In this document: positions 52,887 to 61,144 of the stretch, in pieces | Position numbering within the stretch: the first letter of the stretch is position 1 | Layout of the letters: each line of letters starts with the position of its first letter | NCBI GenBank assembly: GCA_000993205.1 | Contig: LBVU01000001.1 | Location: 8,155-72,154, forward strand | Source of the DNA: Candidatus Woesebacteria bacterium GW2011_GWB1_39_10 | GTDB lineage: Bacteria > Patescibacteriota > Microgenomatia > UBA8517 | DNA: 64,000 nt | Reading direction: 5' to 3' | Program-made: the position numbers and the translations under genes | Notes under the pieces: model-generated | What the model was told of the DNA's origin: nothing | The model's input: the letters and a program-made list of their open reading frames with translations, nothing else | The model's database searches: none

Positions 52887-53750
52887 ATGCCGGAATTACC
52901 AGAGGTCGAGTCAATGAAACTTCAGCTTGCAAAGTTCCTTGTCGGGCACAAGATACTTGGCGTAGAAATTCGAAATCCGAAATACGAAATTCGAAAAGAT
53001 ATCATAGGAGGGAAGATAACAGGAATCAGAAGATTTGGGAAAGTTTCTGTGATAGATCTTGATAATGGTTATTCAATCCTTACACACGTAAAACTTACTG
53101 GCCAATATATTTATCGTGGTCCAAATTTACCTAAACCCTATACGCTATCCGCTAAAGTTATCGGAGGTATCCCCGGGCCACATACTTTGGTAATTTTCAA
53201 ATTAGATCACGATGGTGTTTTGTATTACAACGATGTTCGTCGTTTTGGGTGGATAAAAATTGTGGATAGCGGACAGGTGATAGCGGATAGGTTTATAGAT
53301 AAACTGGGACCAGAGCCCTTCGGCAAGCCTCAGGGTAAACCCTCTCTTCTAACCTTGGATTTGTTCAAACAAATATTATCCAAAACTTCCCGTCCAATTA
53401 AAATCGTTCTTATGGACCAGACGAAAGTGGGGGGGGTGGGGAATATTTATGCAAACGATGCGCTTTGGCTTGCCAAAATTAATCCAAAGCGAAAAGCGAA
53501 TAGTGTAGAAGGAAAAGAGGCTAAAGAATTATATGAAGCAATATTAACTGTATTAAGAGAAGGGTTAAAATACGGAGGGGCAAGTGAGCTTGCATTTGTG
53601 ACGCCGGATGGGAAAGAGGGAAAATATCAAAATCATACGTTGGCTTATGGACATGAAGGAGAACTTTGCGGCCGTTGTCATAAGGCTAAATTTATTAAAT
53701 ATTTTCTCGGCGGGCGCGGGACTTATGTTTGCCCAAACTGTCAGAAATAG
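52887..53750 (+). CDS. formamidopyrimidine-DNA glycosylase / endonuclease VIII family (Fpg/Nei) with an in-frame heptamer-repeat insertion
   Basis: N-terminal MPELPEVE. C-terminal zinc finger CGRCH...CPNCQ. The EIRNPKYEIRKD segment comes from a GAAAYYC array. Confidence 0.75.
   Translation: MPELPEVESMKLQLAKFLVGHKILGVEIRNPKYEIRKDIIGGKITGIRRFGKVSVIDLDNGYSILTHVKLTGQYIYRGPNLPKPYTLSAKVIGGIPGPHTLVIFKLDHDGVLYYNDVRRFGWIKIVDSGQVIADRFIDKLGPEPFGKPQGKPSLLTLDLFKQILSKTSRPIKIVLMDQTKVGGVGNIYANDALWLAKINPKRKANSVEGKEAKELYEAILTVLREGLKYGGASELAFVTPDGKEGKYQNHTLAYGHEGELCGRCHKAKFIKYFLGGRGTYVCPNCQK
52965..52998 (+). repeat. tandem heptamer array (GAAATYC)x about 5 inside the fpg gene
   Basis: gaaattc gaaatcc gaaatac gaaattc gaaaag. 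Confidence 0.85.
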
Positions 53751-53788
53751 GGAAACACAAGACAAAATATTGTCATTTGGCTTACAAT

Positions 53789-54397
53789 ATGGGTATGCAT
53801 TTGACCACACCGGAGATAATAGATCTTCTTTTTAAATTCAGATACGCAATCTTGTTTCCTGTTGCCTTTCTTGAGGGTCCGGCAGTGGCGGTTGTCGCCG
53901 GATTTATGATCGCCATTGGCTTTATGAGTTTTATACCCGCCTATCTAATTTTGATATCAGCTAATATTTTGGGAGATATTGTCTATTATTTTATAGGAAG
54001 ATTGACACCTCGTAAAAAGTTAGATAAAGCATTAATGTTTTTTAGAATTAACGATAAGAGCATAAAAAGAGCTGAGGAATTGTTTGTCAAAAACAGAAAA
54101 AAGGCAATAATTTTTGGTAAAATTGCGCATGCGGTCGGTAGTGTCTTTTTAATAACGGCGGGAATAGTAAAGATTCCTCTGAATGAGTATTTAAAGCTGG
54201 GTACATTAATCGAACTGCCGAAGGCACTTATTTTCTTAATGATCGGCTACTATTTAGGCCACTCGGTGAGTAATCTTGGCAAAGTTGTTGACTACTCTAT
54301 AATAGGCTTTATATTGGTAACGATAATACTAATTGTGATTGGTCACTTAGTCAGTAAATATGCAGATAAACAGATAGAGAATCCAGATATAAAATGA
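53789..54397 (+). CDS. DedA-family (VTT domain) membrane protein (start chosen at the internal ATG 53789; the ORF-track start 53729 overlaps fpg)
   Basis: LFPVAFLEGPAVAVVAGF motif. Multiple TM helices. Confidence 0.65.
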   Translation: MGMHLTTPEIIDLLFKFRYAILFPVAFLEGPAVAVVAGFMIAIGFMSFIPAYLILISANILGDIVYYFIGRLTPRKKLDKALMFFRINDKSIKRAEELFVKNRKKAIIFGKIAHAVGSVFLITAGIVKIPLNEYLKLGTLIELPKALIFLMIGYYLGHSVSNLGKVVDYSIIGFILVTIILIVIGHLVSKYADKQIENPDIK

Positions 54398-55785
54398 AGA
54401 TAATTTTTGCGACAGATTTTTACTATCCACAGACCGGTGGTATTGAGGTGTCTACCCGTAGGCTATCTCAGAAGTTGTCTGAGGCTTGTAATCAGGTTTT
54501 TATAATCGCACCTTCGAAATCGTTTCGCGATAAAACATATAGGGAGGGGTCTGTGACAATATTTGGAATGGGGTCTATTCAGATACCTTTTTACAAGAGT
54601 GCTAGATATTCACCTTCGTTGCTATTAAAAAACAAAATTTCCAAAATACTTACTGAAATTAAACCAGACGTGGTCCATGTACAGACCAATTTGTCGATTG
54701 GGCGTTTGGCGAGTGTATGCGCACAAAGGTTGGGAATTTCTACTGTTGCAACTGGCCATTTTATGGCAGAGGATTTTGTACGCACCTTGAAATTGCCTCA
54801 TTTTTCATGGAAATTTATTAACGATATTTCGCACACTTTCTCTTATTCGATTTGGAAGAAGGTTGATATCTTTACAGTGCCAACAGACACAGCTGCCAAC
54901 TATTTTGCTGAAAAACATGGTTTTGAGAAGAAGATCTTAACAATTTCAAATGGCGTTGATATAAAGAAATTTAAATCGAACAGGTCAAATCAGAAGCAAG
55001 TTCCTACAATCGCAGTAGTTGGGAGATTGGATTCAGCAAAAAGAGTCGATGTAGTAATAAAAGCTTTACCGGATATCTTAAAGAAGATGAGAGTGAATTT
55101 AATTATTGTTGGATCTGGTTTAGAAATGCAAAATCTTAAAAACATGGCTAGAAATTTAGGAGTTAGAGGACATGTACGTTTTAAGGGTTTTTTGCCGGAA
55201 CAAAAAGTAGCGGAATTATATAGAAGAGTAAATCTCCTAGCGACCGCTTCGGTAATAGAGACACAAGGTTTAGCAGTATTAGAAGCGTTAGCGTCCGGTT
55301 TACCGGTAGTGGCGGCTAATGCTGGGGCAACTCCAGAGCTTGTAAGAGAAGGTGTCAATGGATACCTATTCAACCCGGATGACCCAGCTTCATTTGCAAC
55401 CAGGGTGATTAAGATTCTCTCAAATAAAAAATTGATGATTAAAATGGGTAAAGAAAGTGTAAAAATAGCCAAAAAACACGATATCGACGAAGTTGTTGTA
55501 AAGATGCAGGGTTTGTATCAAAAGGCAATAGCAATTAATTCGATGCGGGCATTAAACACGAAGTATGTACCTTTCTATAGATCAAAAGGTTTTATTGTAA
55601 GGCTCGCAGTTGTCGGACTTGTGTTATCATTCCTTTTCAGAAACGTTCTGGCGTCACCATCCAAAGTTAGTGCCAGGGAGCTGGTAATCAAAAATAAAAT
55701 AATGAATTCTAAGATTGTTAAAAAGATAGAGAATTTGGACATAAAAGTGAAAGAAAAATTTCCCCTTCGTAACCCTTCAAGATAG
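54394..55785 (+). CDS. glycosyltransferase family 4
   Basis: MKIIFATDFYYPQTGG N-terminus. C-terminal E..A.G.PVV motif. Confidence 0.7.
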   Translation: MKIIFATDFYYPQTGGIEVSTRRLSQKLSEACNQVFIIAPSKSFRDKTYREGSVTIFGMGSIQIPFYKSARYSPSLLLKNKISKILTEIKPDVVHVQTNLSIGRLASVCAQRLGISTVATGHFMAEDFVRTLKLPHFSWKFINDISHTFSYSIWKKVDIFTVPTDTAANYFAEKHGFEKKILTISNGVDIKKFKSNRSNQKQVPTIAVVGRLDSAKRVDVVIKALPDILKKMRVNLIIVGSGLEMQNLKNMARNLGVRGHVRFKGFLPEQKVAELYRRVNLLATASVIETQGLAVLEALASGLPVVAANAGATPELVREGVNGYLFNPDDPASFATRVIKILSNKKLMIKMGKESVKIAKKHDIDEVVVKMQGLYQKAIAINSMRALNTKYVPFYRSKGFIVRLAVVGLVLSFLFRNVLASPSKVSARELVIKNKIMNSKIVKKIENLDIKVKEKFPLRNPSR

Positions 55786-57357
55786 TTGTGTTATTATAAT
55801 TTAATGCTCAAGGATATCGAGAATTCAAGTTATGAAATTTTAGGGGATGATAATCTTCAGATAGACAGAATTATTTCAAAAGAAAATAACAATTTAATAC
55901 TTCAACTACGGGCGCGAAACACTTCAAATAAACCGGTTAAGATTTTTTCTTTTGTGGTTGCGGATTTTATTCTTCCCAGCAAAATCGAAAAAGTCTTGGA
56001 ACATGGCTGGCTTCAGTGCAGTGAAGTTTCTTGGAAAAACCCCGATGAGCCCACGAAAGAAACCAAACTGTTCCTGCAACGGGACCAGAATCATTTTTCG
56101 TTTAAGAAAGAGTATGGATATATAGAAAACTCAGTTATTAGCGAGTGGTTTACGTTAATAAAAATGTATGGAGGTGATTTGTTTATCGGGGCGGTTACCA
56201 CCGCTGATCAGTTCTCTCAAATTTTTGTTAAAAAAGAAGAGGGTGGGACAAGGGTTAGGGTTACATGCCAATACGACGGACTAACTTTAAGTCCGGGACA
56301 AGTTGTAAAAAGCGAGAAAATATTTTTTGCGGTTGGGGAGGAGAGCAAAATTAAAAAAGATTTTGCTGAAAGCCTGGCGAAACATATGAATGTAAAAAAA
56401 GTCGCCCCACCAATCCGAGCGATGTGTAATTCATATTATTGGAATGAGAATAAGATAGACGACAAAATAATAAACAATGAGTTAGACGCTATCGAGAAGA
56501 TGTCAGAACATCTCAATCTTGATTATTTTGAGCTCGATGCAGGTTATACAAAATATTTTGGTGACTGGTTGGATTATAAGGATCGGTTTCCAAAAGGTTT
56601 TGAACGAATTATAAGCAAGATTGAAGCTCTTGGTTATAAGCCTGCTATATGGATTTCTCCCTTTGCAATAAGCCCTGCTACCAAACTTCATGACCACCAC
56701 GCAAGTTGGCTTTTGAAAAGCAGCCACAAAAAACATTTTGAAGGAAGATGGACAAGCCCGGTAGATAACTTGTCCAACGATATAGACCTTGAGGTTTTGG
56801 ATCCGACTAACGATGAAGTCAAAAAATATCTCAAGGGAGTTTTAACTCATTTTATGGACTTGGGATTTGAACTTTTTAATACCGATTTTATGTATCCTGT
56901 ATGTTTGGCTGAAAAATATTCAAAACCTGTCACGAGGGCCCAAGCATTGCGGGAGGGGGTACAGTTTATTAGGGATACCGTAGGTGACCTAAAGTTAAAA
57001 TCCTGCATAACCCAACTTTCTCCAATGGTTGGATTGATAGATTATGTAAGAACCGGAATTGACACATTAAATCCGTTCGTTTGTTTCATCCCTGGGGTTA
57101 ACAGGATGATAAACGACTTCATGCTTGAGAAAAATATTCAAGAAAGTGAGGAACGATTATTCCTAAACAGGGTAGTGTGGAATGCAGATCCCGACGTATT
57201 GGTTTTTAGAGACGGAACAGGAATCGACGAAGCCGTGATTAGTAAGCATAAAAAAATGGCCAAGGAAAATAATATGTCGCTTTGGTTTGGGGACAGTGTT
57301 GCCAACATGGACGAGGTCACCAGAGAAAAGGTTTTGAAATTTTTCAATAATGTTTAA
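55786..57357 (+). CDS. hypothetical protein, possible TIM-barrel glycoside hydrolase (alpha-galactosidase-like)
   Basis: A LDAGYTKYFGDW...KPAIWISPF segment resembles GH27/36-type barrels. Weak call. Confidence 0.35.
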   Translation: MCYYNLMLKDIENSSYEILGDDNLQIDRIISKENNNLILQLRARNTSNKPVKIFSFVVADFILPSKIEKVLEHGWLQCSEVSWKNPDEPTKETKLFLQRDQNHFSFKKEYGYIENSVISEWFTLIKMYGGDLFIGAVTTADQFSQIFVKKEEGGTRVRVTCQYDGLTLSPGQVVKSEKIFFAVGEESKIKKDFAESLAKHMNVKKVAPPIRAMCNSYYWNENKIDDKIINNELDAIEKMSEHLNLDYFELDAGYTKYFGDWLDYKDRFPKGFERIISKIEALGYKPAIWISPFAISPATKLHDHHASWLLKSSHKKHFEGRWTSPVDNLSNDIDLEVLDPTNDEVKKYLKGVLTHFMDLGFELFNTDFMYPVCLAEKYSKPVTRAQALREGVQFIRDTVGDLKLKSCITQLSPMVGLIDYVRTGIDTLNPFVCFIPGVNRMINDFMLEKNIQESEERLFLNRVVWNADPDVLVFRDGTGIDEAVISKHKKMAKENNMSLWFGDSVANMDEVTREKVLKFFNNV

Positions 57358-57778
57358 ATCGGTTCACCTAAAGGCCTTATTTGTATGGATAGTTTATTCG
57401 GTAATCACAAAAGCATCTTTTTTGGCTGGTTCCATTAAAACCGAGGTTATGTCCGCCTTTTCATTAAATGTTTTTTTAAGTGTATTCTTTGGAATTTTAT
57501 TTTTATATTTTTTTAGTCACGAAGATTTTTTTAAATTTGCAAAAGAAATCGAAAACAAAAACATCAAAAGCGAGAGGCGATGGGAACACAGGTTTTTACA
57601 TTATGGAAAATTGACATCGGCTATATTAATTGGAGTTGCGACAGGGCCCTTGATTGGGGCCTTGGCAGCGAGGTTTTTATTGGTAAAATTTAAGTATAAA
57701 TATTTGACAGTAAGTTTGTCTTCAGCTTTAGGGTCAATTTTTTGGCTTGGGGTTGCAAGAGGTATCATCCGCATTTAA
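57350..57778 (+). CDS. small polytopic membrane protein (paralog of 52416-52880)
   Basis: See the paralog. Also follows a sugar-active enzyme gene. Confidence 0.4.
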   Translation: MFKSVHLKALFVWIVYSVITKASFLAGSIKTEVMSAFSLNVFLSVFFGILFLYFFSHEDFFKFAKEIENKNIKSERRWEHRFLHYGKLTSAILIGVATGPLIGALAARFLLVKFKYKYLTVSLSSALGSIFWLGVARGIIRI

Positions 57779-57790
57779 ACTTACGTCTCA

Positions 57791-58909
57791 ATGATATCCA
57801 GCATAAAACTTTCCAATTTCAGAAATTTTAAATCTAAGAATTTTGAATTTTCTGACAAAATCACAACAATTGTCGGGCCGAACGCTTCAGGGAAAACTAA
57901 TATTTTAGAAGCTCTTTACCTTCTTTCGACGGGAAAAAGTTTCAAAGCCAGAACTGAGGTGGAAATGATTCAATATGGGAGTGAATTAGCTAGTGTAGAA
58001 GGGTCCCACTTCGCCAAGGCTACGAGGGACGACCGATCTCTTTTAAAGGTAATTATTACAAATAAAATTAATGGATGGCCCGGAAAAAGAGTTTTATTAA
58101 ATAATGTACCCAAGAGATTGGTCGATTTTGCGGGAAATTTTAAGACGGTTTTGTTTGGACCTTGGGACATGGATTTGGTAACAGATTCCCCGTCGCTTCG
58201 GCGAAAATTTTTAGATACGGTTTTATCCCAGACTGATAGAGAATATCGCCGCTCAATTCTTTCTTATGAAAAAGGAATAAGACAAAGAAACAAACTTTTG
58301 TGGAGAATACGCGAGGACCCTTCATTACATTCAGGGCGAGAGGGGTTATTGCTTTTTTGGAACCAGCTGTTAATTAAATCCGGCAATTATATTACCGATC
58401 AAAGGGAAAAATTTATTGTTTTCGCGAATACTACCAATGAACACCAATTCCAAAGTGTTCACGCTGGTGCGATAAATACCAATTACCAATTGAAATACGA
58501 TCAGTCCACAATATCTGAAGGACGGTTGGAACAGTATTCTAAAGAAGAGGTGATGGCGGCGACAACTTTAGTTGGACCACATAGGGATGATATGCAATTT
58601 AAAATTAATAATTCAAAATTTAAAATTGAGAGGAACTTGGCCGCATTCGGGAGCAGGGGGGAGCAAAGAATGGGAGTTTTGTGGTTAAAGTTGGCGGAGT
58701 TGGATTATATTGAACTTCAAAGCAAGAATGAAGGTCCTGAAACAAGTTCAGGACGTCCAACGTTGTTGTTGGACGACATATTTTCCGAACTTGACCATGA
58801 ACACAGAGACGTTGTAATGGAGTTGGCCAAGAGACAACAGACGGTAATAACAACCGCAGATGAGCATTTTTTGAACAAAGGTAAATTTGGTGGTAAAATC
58901 GAACTCTAA
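57791..58909 (+). CDS. recF: DNA replication and repair protein RecF carrying two in-frame repeat-element insertions
   Basis: Walker A GPNASGKTN. Walker B / D-loop LLLDDIFSELD. Extra segments SHFAKATRDD and GPETSSGRP come from repeat elements. Confidence 0.8.
   Translation: MISSIKLSNFRNFKSKNFEFSDKITTIVGPNASGKTNILEALYLLSTGKSFKARTEVEMIQYGSELASVEGSHFAKATRDDRSLLKVIITNKINGWPGKRVLLNNVPKRLVDFAGNFKTVLFGPWDMDLVTDSPSLRRKFLDTVLSQTDREYRRSILSYEKGIRQRNKLLWRIREDPSLHSGREGLLLFWNQLLIKSGNYITDQREKFIVFANTTNEHQFQSVHAGAINTNYQLKYDQSTISEGRLEQYSKEEVMAATTLVGPHRDDMQFKINNSKFKIERNLAAFGSRGEQRMGVLWLKLAELDYIELQSKNEGPETSSGRPTLLLDDIFSELDHEHRDVVMELAKRQQTVITTADEHFLNKGKFGGKIEL
58004..58028 (+). repeat. GC-rich 25-nt element, copy 2 (TCCCACTTCGCCAAGGCTACGAGGG), inside recF
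   Basis: Matches 17584-17610 and 62047-62072. Confidence 0.8.
58734..58754 (+). repeat. hairpin element, copy 2 (GTCCTGAA-ACAAG-TTCAGGAC), inside recF
   Basis: Matches 36258-36278. Confidence 0.7.
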
Positions 58910-59184
58910 TGGAGGCCAATAGAGGACCACAATACACAGAAAGGCAATTATTACTTTTGAAGGGAGAAGTCGAACCGAAAGACGATGAAGAGTGGAAATA
59001 TTTGCATGATCATGCCAACGATGTTCTCCCAAAGGATCAAAAAACATTCCGTCCGTTTAGTATTACGGGGGAAGATTTAGAAAGAAGCAGACAATTTGAC
59101 AAGGGGTCCACTCAGGCTGGACATATAGGTGAAGCTTTAGATAGGAAGACTAAATTTAAGTATGGAAAGAGAAATACAGTTTGA
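58909..59184 (+). CDS. hypothetical protein
   Basis: 91-aa ORF with an ATG overlapping the recF stop. Confidence 0.3.
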   Translation: MEANRGPQYTERQLLLLKGEVEPKDDEEWKYLHDHANDVLPKDQKTFRPFSITGEDLERSRQFDKGSTQAGHIGEALDRKTKFKYGKRNTV

Positions 59185-59656
59185 TCCGGCGGAAACCAAA
59201 AAATTGTTTAGTCCGGAAGACGGAACTAAAAATGGACAAATTACAATAATTGGTGGATCCGAACTTTTCCACGGCGCACCGCTTTTGTCATTAACAGTTG
59301 CTTCAAAAATTGTTGATATGGTTTATTTTTCCTCACCTGACCCATCTGTTGGGGAGGTGGCCAACGCCGCCAAGTCAAAACTATTTTCATTTATATGGGT
59401 TCCATGGGAAGATGTTGGTAAGTGTATTGAGGTTTCCGGGGGTAATGCCGGAATGGCAAAGGGAGGAACGGGAGATACACTTGCCGGGCTTGTCGTCGCT
59501 TTGTTTGCAAAAAATGAAGCATCTCTTGCAGCTTCGTGCGCATCATATATAACCAAAACCGCCGGTGATGAATTGTACGGAAAAGTTAGAACCAATTTTA
59601 ATGCAGATGATTTGGCGGCAAAAGTGCCGGAGGTTTTGGGTAGACTTCAAAGATAG
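59162..59656 (+). CDS. YjeF C-terminal-like (NAD(P)H-hydrate dehydratase family) protein, truncated 164-aa form
   Basis: GGSELFHGAP and GTGDTLAG motifs. Confidence 0.4.
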   Translation: MEREIQFDPAETKKLFSPEDGTKNGQITIIGGSELFHGAPLLSLTVASKIVDMVYFSSPDPSVGEVANAAKSKLFSFIWVPWEDVGKCIEVSGGNAGMAKGGTGDTLAGLVVALFAKNEASLAASCASYITKTAGDELYGKVRTNFNADDLAAKVPEVLGRLQR

Positions 59657-59702
59657 TTAGTATCTTGTTTTCTCCGCAGAAAATGCGTTAATATGAAGTG
59701 AT

Positions 59703-60767
59703 ATGTATTCCCCTAAGTTTACAATTTCAAATAAAGTTCTCAAAAACATTGGGTCTATTGAAGCGAGTAAGGAGGTAATTGAAAACGCCCCGCTTGTGCC
59801 TTCATTTGAAAAACAGTTTCAGTCAGACGCGATGATCCGGACCATCCATCACGGCACACACATTGAGGGGAATGATTTAACTCTTTATCAGACTAAAAGA
59901 ATTCTTGAAGGGGAAGAAGTTTACGCTCGGGCGCGTGACATCCAAGAGGTTGTTAACTATCGGAATGTAACACAACTTCTTGACGAACTGGCAGTCAAAA
60001 GGGGCGGGTATGACCCCGATATGCTTCGCGATATTCATAAATCGACGGTTGATAGAATTATTGTTCCAGAAAAAGTTGGAGTTTTTAGAACTACGGAAGT
60101 GGTAATTAAAGAAGAAGGTACAGGAAGAGTTATTTTTTCTCCGCCTCCGGCTAACGAAGTCCCATATCTTGTTGAAGATTTTTTTGAATGGCTAAATGAT
60201 TCTTCCGGAAAAGAGATCCATCCGATTCTCCGCGCCGGTATTGCTCACTATATTCTGGTTGCAATTCATCCTTTTGTGGAAGGGAACGGCAGAACCGTGC
60301 GCGCTTTTTCTACACTTATTCTTATGAGGGAAAGCTATAATATTAAAAAGTTTTTTTCACTTGAGGAACATTTTGATCAGGACCCCGCCGCTTATTATGA
60401 AGCAATTTCAATAGTTGATAGACAATCTTCAAACCTTGGAAACCGAGACGTTACTTTGTGGTTGGAATATTTTACGGAAGTTGTGGCGATAGAGCTTGCG
60501 AAAGTCAAAGAAAAAGTCAGGAAACTTTCGGTCGACTCGCGTTTGAAGGTTAAATTTGGTGAACAGATTTCTTTATCCGAGCGTCAGATGAGGCTTATTG
60601 AATATGTATCCGATCAGGGTAGCGGAGGAATGGGAGAGCTCAAAAAAGTTTTACCTATGGTTTCTGAGGACACAATCTTGAGGGAATTAAGAGACCTTTT
60701 GGAAAAAGGGATCTTGAAGAAAACAGGAAGCACGAAGGCCAGCAAGTATGTGATAGCGAGTAAGTAG
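59703..60767 (+). CDS. Fic-family protein (AMPylator-type Fic motif) with a C-terminal wHTH-like domain
   Basis: HPFVEGNGRTVRA matches HxFx(D/E)GNGRxxR. Confidence 0.75.
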   Translation: MYSPKFTISNKVLKNIGSIEASKEVIENAPLVPSFEKQFQSDAMIRTIHHGTHIEGNDLTLYQTKRILEGEEVYARARDIQEVVNYRNVTQLLDELAVKRGGYDPDMLRDIHKSTVDRIIVPEKVGVFRTTEVVIKEEGTGRVIFSPPPANEVPYLVEDFFEWLNDSSGKEIHPILRAGIAHYILVAIHPFVEGNGRTVRAFSTLILMRESYNIKKFFSLEEHFDQDPAAYYEAISIVDRQSSNLGNRDVTLWLEYFTEVVAIELAKVKEKVRKLSVDSRLKVKFGEQISLSERQMRLIEYVSDQGSGGMGELKKVLPMVSEDTILRELRDLLEKGILKKTGSTKASKYVIASK

Positions 60768-60865
60768 AATTAACCTAATTACTAATTAACCTAATTGACC
60801 TAAACAAGCTCCAATTGGGATTTATTTAGAAATTAGAATAATTAGAGTAATTAGAAATTTAAATA
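60768..60865. repeat. AT-rich CTAATT/AATTGGGA/AATTAGA intergenic repeat, copy 2
   Basis: Matches 20701-20800. Confidence 0.6.
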
Positions 60866-61077
60866 TGAGTACAACTGATCCGCAATTTTTGTATATGATT
60901 TTGGTATTACCGAGCTTGTTCGGATTGACCCTTTTGGGTGAAGGACTCAATAAGGTCGTTCATGAGGAATGGGGAGGTGGAGTTCTTTCAATAATTTTCG
61001 GATTGATTTTTTTGGGAGCAGTCGTTTTTGCCTATCTATTCTTCTCAACTTATCTTGTTACACATAAAGCGATTTAA
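60865..61077 (+). CDS. small membrane protein (70 aa, two TM helices)
   Basis: Hydrophobic ORF. Confidence 0.3.
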   Translation: MSTTDPQFLYMILVLPSLFGLTLLGEGLNKVVHEEWGGGVLSIIFGLIFLGAVVFAYLFFSTYLVTHKAI

Positions 61078-61144
61078 GGCGACACGAATACGCTGATTGC
61101 ACGCGAATGACACGAATTTTTGATGTGTCGTATAATGTAACGAA

